Source of the DNA: Kiritimatiellales bacterium
GTDB taxonomy: Bacteria > Verrucomicrobiota > Kiritimatiellia > Kiritimatiellales > Pontiellaceae
DNA: 64,000 bases
Direction: 5' to 3'
NCBI GenBank assembly: GCA_021734345.1
Contig: JAIPJC010000001.1
Span: 15,734 to 79,733 of the forward strand
Shown: piece by piece, positions 20,405 through 29,900 of the stretch
How positions within the stretch are numbered: the stretch's first letter is position 1
Layout of the letters: every line of letters starts with the position of its first letter
Program-made: the position numbers and the translations under genes
Notes under the pieces: generated by a model
Databases searched by the model: none
Seen by the model: only the letters and a program-made list of their open reading frames with translations
What the model was told of the DNA's origin: nothing

Positions 20405-21107
20405 AATGGCCGGCACATTGGTCGGAAATGCCGATTTCGCACTTGGAAGCGGCAGCGTGATGGTCACGAATGGCGCAACATTGGTTCTCGCGAACGGGAT
20501 ATCGAACAACTATCTCGATGATTCGGCCAACCTGGTGCTGGGAGCCTCCTCCACGCTGGAGCTCAACTTCACGGGTGTGGCGGACACCATCGGCACCCTT
20601 TCACTCAACGGAGGGAGCACCACCGTTGCGCCCGGAACCTATACCGCCGCAATGCTTGGCACCCTCGGGGGCGGCATCTACACAGGCACCGGATCACTCA
20701 CGGTGACTGCGGGGGGAGAAAGCAAATACGACTCCTGGGCAAACAGCTGGGGCGTCGAGATCGGCGCTTCCACCAACGACTACGACCAAGACGGACTGTC
20801 CAACATCTATGAATATGGACTGGGCGGCGACCCGACCAATTCCGCCTACCAAGGCATCTCCCCTGTCTTTGGCCTGGTGGACATCGGAGGGACAAACTGG
20901 TTCGAATATGTCCATCCGCAGTTGCACGATCCGGACAGTGGAGTGTCCTACTATCTCGAAATTGCGGATAACCTGCTGGTTCCCGCATGGACGAACACGG
21001 GATATGAAGTCACGGGGACGAACGTTACCGGCAACTCGTTGGATTTCGTTACAAACGTCACCACCACAGTGGCGGGAATGAAGTTCATCCGCCTGATCAT
21101 TGAGTGA
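19386..21107 (+). CDS. secreted beta-strand-repeat protein with a C-terminal D-x-D-x-DG...IRLIIE domain
   Basis: Passenger ~300 aa nearly identical to the 17853 protein. C-terminal half homologous to the 25025 protein. RBS AGGGG before the ATG at 19386. Confidence 0.85.
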   Translation: MNARQGPGSFAQKVSMFFRITPFAVAGLCSVACATDGTWNQAGGGGTYFWADSTNWVGGIVADGTNAFAHFDAVDAVSWQFIDLGGGSHTVGHMKFTDPTPSGGFWGLKNGTLNLATSSGLPMIEVSDAIRDVGIETSVTLAGDFQKTGAGQLFLKNLAPVSVDIAAGEVVYQSNANGLLFTTQSISGAGDLRFMGQAAGYFSFRPTYAGTLSLTGKTIVNLTPGSANWYQGALFLEKNDVLSHASVLEIQSGKVYMRAQTTTGLTVAGLKGNAGTYVTTDQSGIQKLTVDVATNQSHTYYGVIGADGTTAGKNNVSFTKTGAGTQVLSGTNTYAGGTTVMAGTLVGNADFALGSGSVMVTNGATLVLANGISNNYLDDSANLVLGASSTLELNFTGVADTIGTLSLNGGSTTVAPGTYTAAMLGTLGGGIYTGTGSLTVTAGGESKYDSWANSWGVEIGASTNDYDQDGLSNIYEYGLGGDPTNSAYQGISPVFGLVDIGGTNWFEYVHPQLHDPDSGVSYYLEIADNLLVPAWTNTGYEVTGTNVTGNSLDFVTNVTTTVAGMKFIRLIIE

Positions 21108-21227
21108 TTTTACAGATCGTTGCATTAGGGTGCCGCGTGCTTCTTCTGGAGCTAGGATTAGGATGATGTCCCTCCATTACGGCACCCTATTTGCCCGGTG
21201 TTCTGGAGTATAAAAAGGAAGACAACC

Positions 21228-24200
21228 ATGAACACACTTTCAGTATTCCCTGTGATTGCATTTTCAATGATCCTGACTTCTGCACCGGTCGCAGATAGAG
21301 CGGGATTGGTTCCGGGCAGATTCGGGCAGGCGATTGACTTGGCGACCGACAACCGCACCGTGGAAGTGGCAATTCCCGGAGTGCTGACAGAACGGCCCAT
21401 GACGTTCTCGTGTTGGGTGAAGCTTACCAACCTTGACCAGTACAATATCATCATGTCGGTCGCCCCGAAGGACGGGAACCACTGGGAGATCTACACGACT
21501 CCGGGAAGCGGCATGCTTTCGGTGTACATGCCCGCAGTCGGGGATTTCCGGTCTTCCGTGGCATTGCTTCCGGGGCAGTGGCACTTTCTGGCCTTCCGGC
21601 TGTCGACGAATGGTTTTGAACTGTACATGGATGGAGCGCAGGTGCTCACCCGGACCTTCGGGCAGGAGTTGGTGTTTGACGAACAACCGCTGATCCTGGG
21701 CGGCATCATTAACAATACCAGCCTGCATTGCAGCGGGATGATCGATGAACTCGTGATCAGCCGCCGGACGGACAGTCTGGAAGGTTGGGTTCCGACCGCG
21801 CCCGCAGAACCCGATTCCTCCACGCTGGCCATCTTCCACTTCGATGAGGTAGACAACAACGATGTCTCTCCCAATGCCGCGGACGCCGGGTCGCCTATTC
21901 AAGCCACCATCCAAGATGCCTTTTCCATGCCTCCCGGCGACCGCTTTCTGGACGAAGTGGAGGAAGACGCGCGCAATGCCTCCACCCTGCACGGCGATGC
22001 CTCCGTGGAGGCGGAAAGCCTTTTGCCGTCGCACCATGTCGCGGCGGAAGCCTCCGGCATTGCCGTCGCGGCGCAAGCCGCGCCTTCGATCTCGCTCAAC
22101 GGCGATTGGCTACTCAAGGAGAGTGCTTCCTGGAACAAGGCATCGATTGACAACAAGCGTGTGAACGATATCGAAAGCAAAGGCGTTACGGACGGATGGT
22201 TCAAGGAAAGTACAGACCGTTCGGGCTGGCGCCAGGTCGCGGTTCCCACCACGGTACAGAATGCACTGCTCCAGCTGGGCGAGATCGCGAATCCGTTCTA
22301 CGACACCAACACCTACGACGAACTGCGGCAATACGGCCTTCCGCAAGAGCTGCCGTGGAATTTCCGCCACTCCCGCATTGAAATGAACGACTGGTGGTTC
22401 GCGCGGGAGTTCGAACTGCCCGCCGATTGGGATGGGAAACGCATCCAGCTTTCCTTTGACGGACTGGACTACTCCGGATCCGTCTATCTCAACGGCAAGT
22501 TGCTCGGCTTCCATGAAGGCATGTTCGGCGGTCCGGATTTCGATATCGGCAAGGTGGTTCGTTTCGGAACGCCGAATACGCTGGTGGTGCGTGTGGACCG
22601 GGCTCCCGACACCTGGCGTGGCATACTCAAGGGCAGCCCCGGTTTTGGTTGGCATTATGGACACCTGATTTCGCTTGGTATCTGGCGCGGCGTGACGGTC
22701 GGGCAAATTCCCGACACGGACATTTCCACCCCCTATGTGCGCACTCAATCACTGGACAGCGGCCAGGCGGTCCTCATCGTCGAATACGATGTCGTCAACC
22801 ATTCCGCGGAAACACGCTCGATCACCGTGAACGGAACCATCGAAGGGAAGAACTTCCCCTCCGAACCCGTCAACTTCATCAACCAGATCTCCGTCCCTAA
22901 CGGTCGCAGCCACTGGCAGACGGAAGTGACCATCGACCAACCGAAGCCCTGGTGGCCGCTGAACTATGGCGACCAGAATCTCTATGAAGCTCGACTGGCA
23001 GGCGATGCTGCAACAGCCAATACCGTGTTTGGTATCCGCACGGTCGAGATGCGGCCCCTGCGTGGAACGAAAGCCGTCCTGGACTACCGCTGGCAATTCG
23101 TCATCAACGGTGTGCCGATGTTCATCAAGGGCGCGAACTGGTGCTGGAGCGACCCGATGCTGCAGCTCGATCCGGCCAAATACGGACAGATACTCGAGTT
23201 GGCGCGCCGCGCGGGCATCCAGATGTTCAGGGCATGGGGGGGCGGCATCATTGAAACCGACGAATTCTATCGCCAGTGCGATGAAAAAGGACTGATGGTC
23301 TATCAGGAGTTCCCGTATTGCTGGGGACCGCCAAGCTTCCCGATGACCGACGGGGCGGTTCTTGACCAACAGGTCTCCCGTGTTGTCAAGCGCCTGCGCA
23401 ACCATCCCGCTCTCGTCATGTGGGGCGGCGGCAACGAAAACGGAAACTCGCCCGGTGCCGATGAAGGTCTTTTTCTTGTTGGCCGGCGTTGCCGCCAATT
23501 TGATCCGTCCCGACCCTTCCACCGCACCGACCCATGGGGAGGAAACAACCATAATTGGGCTGTTTTTCATGGAGGCGAACCCATAGATAGCGGCATAATG
23601 AATCGTCCATCGCCGTTCTTCGGGGAATTCGGGATTCCCAGTATGCCCAACTGGAACGCCTGTCTGAAGTTTCTACCGGAGAGTAAGCTCAATGTGTGGC
23701 CGCCTGCGCAGGATGACTACGGAGTGATCGCCCATATGAACCAGTTCGGCTATGGCGATCTGGCCAAAACCATGTGCTATGCCGACTATGGATCGATCAC
23801 GAACTGGAGGGACTATATCGAGTATTCCCAAATGGCCCAGGGCGATGAAATCGCCTTCGCGGCAAACGTTCAACGCGCGGGCAGCTACTTCAACAAGAGC
23901 GGCCTGTGGTTCTACAAATTCACCGACCTTTTCCCCGGCCATGCCTGGGCGGTTGTCGGGTTCTACGGACAGCCGAAGCTCTCCTATTACCGCGCGAAGC
24001 AGTTCTACGCACCGCAGGCGGCATTTTCCGTTGCGGAAAAATACGACTGGTTGCCGGGCGAGCCATTCCACGCAGCGCTGCATGTGGGCAATGACAGCGG
24101 AACCCCGCTCTCCGGAGCAATCGCGCGGGCGGTCATCTATGGAAGCGACCTGACCGAACTATGGAGCCAGGAATACGGCGTTCCGGCAATGGGAATCAGC

Positions 24201-24722
24201 AGCCGGGTGGAACTCGACCCCATTGACGTGACGCTTCCGGCAGATAAAACCAACCCGTTCCTGCTGGCCGTCTCGCTCCATGACGCCTCTGGCCGTCAAC
24301 TGTCCGACCAATGGCAGTGGTTCAACTTCCGCGTAAAGAGTGCCGCGATGGAAGAAGTAGAGAAAATCACAGGTGTAGGTTGGCCGCACGACCGCGCTCC
24401 GGAGGCGTTTGATGCCTACGCGAATGTTCCGGAGGCGCGCTTGCTCAACCTGCCCCGCACCGCACTGGAGGTCGGAGTGCAGCGCAGCGGAAACAGCGGT
24501 TCCATTACGGTGAAGAACCTAACCGCGTTACCGGCCTTCAACGTTGTCATCGACGGTTTTCCGCTCGAATATGGTGATTTTCTGGATGACAACAGCTTTT
24601 GCCTTTATCCGCAGGAAGAGCGCACAATCCACTTTGAACTTGCCGCTCCGGAGACACCGTTGGGCGACTTGAGCGTACGGGCATGGAATGCCGATCCGGT
24701 TGCTCCCTCGGCTTTCCATTAA
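21228..24722 (+). CDS. secreted LamG-domain + glycoside hydrolase family 2 (beta-mannosidase-like) protein
   Basis: Signal peptide, LamG module, FDGLDY..HEGMF, WWPLNYG.Q.LY, FIKGANW, RAWGGG, RLRNHPAL..WGGGNE (acid/base) and GEFG (nucleophile). Confidence 0.9.
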   Translation: MNTLSVFPVIAFSMILTSAPVADRAGLVPGRFGQAIDLATDNRTVEVAIPGVLTERPMTFSCWVKLTNLDQYNIIMSVAPKDGNHWEIYTTPGSGMLSVYMPAVGDFRSSVALLPGQWHFLAFRLSTNGFELYMDGAQVLTRTFGQELVFDEQPLILGGIINNTSLHCSGMIDELVISRRTDSLEGWVPTAPAEPDSSTLAIFHFDEVDNNDVSPNAADAGSPIQATIQDAFSMPPGDRFLDEVEEDARNASTLHGDASVEAESLLPSHHVAAEASGIAVAAQAAPSISLNGDWLLKESASWNKASIDNKRVNDIESKGVTDGWFKESTDRSGWRQVAVPTTVQNALLQLGEIANPFYDTNTYDELRQYGLPQELPWNFRHSRIEMNDWWFAREFELPADWDGKRIQLSFDGLDYSGSVYLNGKLLGFHEGMFGGPDFDIGKVVRFGTPNTLVVRVDRAPDTWRGILKGSPGFGWHYGHLISLGIWRGVTVGQIPDTDISTPYVRTQSLDSGQAVLIVEYDVVNHSAETRSITVNGTIEGKNFPSEPVNFINQISVPNGRSHWQTEVTIDQPKPWWPLNYGDQNLYEARLAGDAATANTVFGIRTVEMRPLRGTKAVLDYRWQFVINGVPMFIKGANWCWSDPMLQLDPAKYGQILELARRAGIQMFRAWGGGIIETDEFYRQCDEKGLMVYQEFPYCWGPPSFPMTDGAVLDQQVSRVVKRLRNHPALVMWGGGNENGNSPGADEGLFLVGRRCRQFDPSRPFHRTDPWGGNNHNWAVFHGGEPIDSGIMNRPSPFFGEFGIPSMPNWNACLKFLPESKLNVWPPAQDDYGVIAHMNQFGYGDLAKTMCYADYGSITNWRDYIEYSQMAQGDEIAFAANVQRAGSYFNKSGLWFYKFTDLFPGHAWAVVGFYGQPKLSYYRAKQFYAPQAAFSVAEKYDWLPGEPFHAALHVGNDSGTPLSGAIARAVIYGSDLTELWSQEYGVPAMGISSRVELDPIDVTLPADKTNPFLLAVSLHDASGRQLSDQWQWFNFRVKSAAMEEVEKITGVGWPHDRAPEAFDAYANVPEARLLNLPRTALEVGVQRSGNSGSITVKNLTALPAFNVVIDGFPLEYGDFLDDNSFCLYPQEERTIHFELAAPETPLGDLSVRAWNADPVAPSAFH

Positions 24723-24878
24723 AGGAGTGCAGGATATCCTTCAAGGCTTCTTTATTTCATAACCACCGACCATGCTCCGCGTGCTGGGATGAGCCGCAAT
24801 TGGCTCTGTTACTGGTCATCCAATGTTCGCATACGGCAGAGGTTCAAATTGAAAAACACAATACCGGTATATCATTTT

Positions 24879-24914
24879 GTACATATGAAAATATCACGCC
24901 GCATATATTTTTCC
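24879..24914 (+). promoter_or_regulatory. 36-bp regulon motif copy D
   Basis: GTACATATGAAAATATCACGCCGCATATATTTTTCC. Confidence 0.8.
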
Positions 24915-25024
24915 TGACTACATTGGCGTAACAATCTCGGTTATCTTAGAAAAAAGCGTTTGCGCAAAGGGGTTGTGCGACGCCTTGGTAGAAAACAGCA
25001 GGTTACTAGATAAAAGGGGGGAAA

Positions 25025-26698
25025 ATGAAAGCAAGACAGAGTTCAAGAGAGTTCGCGAAGATCGTTTCCATGATGTTCCGCATAATTCCAGTCGCCGTCG
25101 CCGCACTAGCCTGTCTGCCTGCGTCGGCCGTCACATGGTCTACTTGGAACGGAACCAACAACTGGAGCAACGCGGCCATATGGGCGGGCGGCATTCCGTC
25201 CGGAACGGGCGCGGGCGCGCTGGTTCAATCCGGCATCCTCACGATCGATGGAACAAGCGGCGACCCGAGCGTCAATGCGGTTCTTGTCGGCTGGGTTGGC
25301 AATTCATCCATCCAGATGACCGGCGGCAGCTTGACCGTTACCGGGACCGGAGGCGATCAGTCCCTGTCGGTCGGCGAAACGGCGGGCCGAAAAGGAACAT
25401 TCACCCAATCCAGCGGAACGGTAACAGCGAACGTGTTTTCTCTGGGACGGGCCGGCGGTACCGGTGTCTACAACCTCAATGGCGGCGAACTCCATACGGA
25501 CACCATCTACGGTAATACTGGAAGCGGCACGTTTAATTTCGGTGGTGGCACCCTCGTTACGAGCACGGGGAAACTCACCCTCCAGAACAATGCCGTCGGC
25601 TATTATCCCCTAACGCTGGCCGGTACAAACACCTTTGCCGGCAACGTGCTGATCGGTTCGGGTTTCGTAATGCTTGGAGCCAACAACGCGCTGGGCAGTG
25701 GTGCGCTGAGTTTCAGCGCGGCTCCAGCCGCAGGACGGGCGAGTCTCAATATGAATGGATTCAACCAAACCATCCGTGGCCTGACGGCACCCAGCGCCAC
25801 GCTTACTTACGGCGACATCTACAATCACAAGGGGAAACCCACGTCGACCTTGACGATCAATACGCCAACCAGCGAATCCTACACCAACGCCAACCAGATT
25901 GGCGCGTTGCCCGGCGACTGGTCCAATATCGCTCTCGTCAAGCAGGGTAATGGCACACAGGTTCTTTCCGGAACCAACAACTATACGCATGGGACCACCG
26001 TTGCAGCAGGCACATTGATCGGACAGACGGACCGCGCTTTTGGAATCGGAAACATCGTGGTCGCGAACGGCGCAAAGCTGGTTCTGAAAAATGGAGTGTC
26101 GAACAACTATATCAGTGATCTGGCGAATGTGGTTCTGGGCAGCTCGGCCAGTCTGGCGCTCGACTTCACCGGAACGGCAGACACCATCGACAGCCTTTCG
26201 CTGGATGGCGGCATCACCACCATTACCGCCGGAACCTATACCGCAGCCGCTCTTAGCGGCCTCGGAACCGGAACCTACACGGGCACCGGTTCGCTGACGG
26301 TGACCACCAGTGGCGAAAACGCATGGGCCAATAGCTGGGGCGTCGATATCGGCGCTTCCACCGACGACTACGACCACGATGGACTGCTCAACATCTACGA
26401 ATACGGCTTGGGCGGCAACCCGACCGACAACACCGACCAAGGGGTTTCCCCCACCTTTGGATCCATGATCATGGGCGGCACAAACTACTTCCGCTATATC
26501 CATCCCCAATTGAAAAATCCGAACAGCGGCATCAGCTACCACCTCGAGCTCAATACCAATCTCGTCACGGGCAGCTGGGCCAACGCCGGATATTCGATCC
26601 TGGGCACCAACGTACCGACCGAAGGCACACTCAACTATGTCACCAATATCACCTCCATGGTGGACAGCAAGAAATACATCCGTCTGATCATTGAGTGA
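25025..26698 (+). CDS. secreted beta-strand-repeat protein with a C-terminal D-x-D-x-DG...IRLIIE domain
   Basis: Signal peptide, Gly/Thr-rich beta repeats, KQGNGTQVLSGTNNYTHGTTV, C-terminus DYDHDGLLNIYEYGLGG...KYIRLIIE. Confidence 0.85.
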   Translation: MKARQSSREFAKIVSMMFRIIPVAVAALACLPASAVTWSTWNGTNNWSNAAIWAGGIPSGTGAGALVQSGILTIDGTSGDPSVNAVLVGWVGNSSIQMTGGSLTVTGTGGDQSLSVGETAGRKGTFTQSSGTVTANVFSLGRAGGTGVYNLNGGELHTDTIYGNTGSGTFNFGGGTLVTSTGKLTLQNNAVGYYPLTLAGTNTFAGNVLIGSGFVMLGANNALGSGALSFSAAPAAGRASLNMNGFNQTIRGLTAPSATLTYGDIYNHKGKPTSTLTINTPTSESYTNANQIGALPGDWSNIALVKQGNGTQVLSGTNNYTHGTTVAAGTLIGQTDRAFGIGNIVVANGAKLVLKNGVSNNYISDLANVVLGSSASLALDFTGTADTIDSLSLDGGITTITAGTYTAAALSGLGTGTYTGTGSLTVTTSGENAWANSWGVDIGASTDDYDHDGLLNIYEYGLGGNPTDNTDQGVSPTFGSMIMGGTNYFRYIHPQLKNPNSGISYHLELNTNLVTGSWANAGYSILGTNVPTEGTLNYVTNITSMVDSKKYIRLIIE

Positions 26699-26794
26699 TA
26701 CAGGCATTGTCCTGTCCAACCGCTGGAAAGTTTGGCTTGGGATATTTTTCGGCGACTCTAGTTCGTTGGATGGGAATCAATTTTGTCCCACATT

Positions 26795-26830
26795 GTACAT
26801 ATCAAAATATCAGATTGAATATATTCATCC
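26795..26830 (+). promoter_or_regulatory. 36-bp regulon motif copy E (upstream of the HzsA-like gene)
   Basis: GTACATATCAAAATATCAGATTGAATATATTCATCC. Confidence 0.8.
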
Positions 26831-26980
26831 ATGCGGTGATGGTTTACGCTAGTTTTCATTAATCGGTAAAGAAAAGTTGAAGGTCCATGACTTCCTCCCG
26901 ACCTGTGCAGTTGATCGCGCGATCCGAGGTTTGGAAGTTTTGGATAATCACACCATGGACAACTGAAAAGGATATTCGAA

Positions 26981-29900
26981 ATGCAACTTAAACATCTCAA
27001 ACCACAACTGAACCGCCCTACCCCTTCGTTATTTGCAGTGCTCGTCGCGGCAGCGGTCCTTGTCATTTCCGGTTCCGCCGCTTTCGCGGAGATCGCCACT
27101 TTCGGCAACTCCTACGATTTGACGGGAAACCCGCTGGCGATCCCCGCGAATACCGCCTACGGCAGCTGGCCGCTGACAGTGGAGTGCCGGGTAAAGCTGG
27201 ACCGGCAGGACAAGTACAACATCATCATCGCCAACGAGACCAAGGCGTCGCCACGGCACTGGGAATTCTACACCACACCAAAGAACGGGAACTTCTCTGC
27301 CTACCTGCCCGGTTTCAAGCCAGCCCTATTCGATACCGGTGTTTCCATTGCGGACGGGAAATGGCATGCCTTGGCGATGATTGTGGAAGAGACAAACATT
27401 CGGTTGTTTGTGGATGGCGAGCTGAAAATCAACCAGTCGGTCACCGCACCTTCCGCACCGGCCTTGGGCCAAGGGCTCGCGCTGGGTGCACTGGTCGAGG
27501 GGGGAATGGATTGCGCCGGACAAATCGACGAAGTGCGGATTTCGAAATGCGTAGGACCGATCAGCGGGGTGGCTACGGCGCCATTCATCAAAAACGCCGA
27601 CACGGTCGGGTTGTGGCAGTTTGAAGAAAAGACCGCAAGCGTAGCGAAAGCTGCGCTCAAGCCCGCTACCACCTCGTTGGATATGACACCGACCGGCACA
27701 TCATGCGATTTAACGCTCGGGCCGGCAACGATTCCGCCGAATGCCGCCTACAGCAGCTGGCCGCTGACGGTGGAATGCCGAATCAAACTCATGCCTAAAA
27801 ACACATTCAGCGTCATCATCGCGAACGAGACCAAAGCGTCGCCGCGACACTGGGAACTTTACGCCACACCCGGAAACGGCAACCTCTGCGCCTACCTGCC
27901 CGGTTTCACGCCGTCATCATTCAATACCACCGTTTCCGTTGCGGACGGCCAGTGGCATGCCTTGGCCATGGTTGTGGAAGAGACGCGCGTCCGGCTGTTT
28001 ATGGACGGCAAGCTGATACAGGAGCAAGTGGTTACCGCGCCTTCCACCCCGGCATTGGGCCAGCCACTCAGGCTCGGCGCACTGGTCGAAGGCGGCTTCG
28101 ATTGCACCGGACAGATTGACGAGGTACGGATCTCGAAAGGCGCGCGTCCGGTCAGCGGATTATCGGGTGCGGCGATCACGGATGACGACTCTACCGTGGG
28201 GCTGTGGCAGTTTGAAGACAACACGCCCGGAGTGGCGCGCGATGCGTCCAAATTGAAGAACGATGCAAGACTGCCGCCACCGGATCTCGGATCGCTGTTT
28301 AAAGCCACGCTGGACTTTTCAAAAGGCATGGCCAGCATACCGGTTGATGCGGCTTTCGAGCAAAGACCATTGACCATCGACTGTTGGGTAAAGATACCCC
28401 AAACCACTTCCGACCCACAGGCTGCATTTAGATCCGTATTGCTGTCCTACGGAAATCTGAACGATGTTGCCGATCAGGGGCACTGGAATTTAGTGACGGG
28501 TCCGCGTCCTTGGTTTTCCATGCCGGGCCGATGCGGGATCATCGCCAAAACTCCGATCCAAGACAACAAATGGCACCATCTGGCCTTGGTGCTCGAATCC
28601 AACCAAGCCCGGATTTTCGTGGATGGCATCGAGGAGGCCAAGGGTGATATCCTGCCGGCCGAACCAGCGACAGATTGCCCGTCGTGCGGCTCCGTAAAAA
28701 CCCTGACCATCGGGGGATTGCCCGACGGATTGCGCCGCGTCGCCGGGGAAATGGGTGAACTGCGCATCACCAGCGGCATTCGAATCCCCGTCGGTATATC
28801 GATGCCGCTGCTAGCCGCCGATGACCAGACCTTCGGACTGTGGCGATTCGACTTCAGTGCCAAGAACGACTTTACCGATTTATCAAAATTAAAACGTAAC
28901 GCCCGATTCAATGCGGCCCCCCTTCCTACTCCGACCGATTATCTGGCCCTGCCGAAAAAACCGGATGCAGAACCGTTGCGGAAAGTTGCCGCGACGCTAG
29001 CGACTAAACTGGATTTGAGTTCGGTCAATCCAGCCAACGTGGGCGACGAGGTCTGGCAGCAGTGGCACTTCGATTTCCATGGCTACGGCAAATTCGACTA
29101 TGACCGTGGGCCGTATTATTGGAAACCAAAGGATGTGAACAGCCAGGTCTTCGATACCAACACCCTGATTCTTCCGGAGGATGCCGGCCCCCCCGCCCCA
29201 TTCATCCATGATGACGACACGATCGGGCTATGGAAGTTCGATGAAAAAAAACCGGGCGAGGTCTGCGACTTAACGGCCGGTCCGGTTACGGTCGCAACCG
29301 ATCCCGCCTACAGCAGTTGGCCATTGACCGTGGAATGCCGGGTCAAACTCGACCGGAAAGACAAATACAACATTATCCTCGCCAACGAAACCAAGGCATC
29401 GCCGCGGCACTGGGAACTATTCACGGCACCTGGAAGCGGAAACTTCTCTGCATATCTTCCGGGCTTTAAGCCGGCATCATTCGATGCCGGGGTTTCCGTG
29501 GTGGATGGGCAGTGGCATTCCGTAACGATGATTGTGGAAGCGGCACGCATCCAGTTGTTTGTGGACGGCGAGCTGAAAACGGAACAGGCGGTTGCCGCGC
29601 CTTCCGCTCCGGCCTTGGGTCAAGAGCTCAAGCTGGGCGCACTGGTCGAAGGGGGAATGGATTGCACCGGACAGATTGATGACTTGCGGATTTCAAAATG
29701 CGTTCGATCTTCGGCCCGCGGCGTTCCAGCCGGAACCGTCCTTCGCCAGACCAAGGCCTTGATCGCAAACCTGCGGCAGACGGCTACGAATGATCAACAA
29801 CGCAAGAAACTCGACGCCCTTGCTTCGGATCTGGATAAGGTTGCAACGGCATGGGGCATGGCGTCGGCCGAGAAGAAGCGCGGGATCGACTACTATCTGG

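Noticed and set aside
13998-26830. 36-bp motif as CRISPR repeats or IS ends
   Set aside because: Copies are dispersed over 13 kb, degenerate, always in promoter position and orientation, and no transposase is nearby.
28676-28690. CPSCG as an additional heme site in the HzsA-like protein
   Set aside because: Lacks the His of CxxCH. More likely a disulfide or metal loop in LamG module 3.
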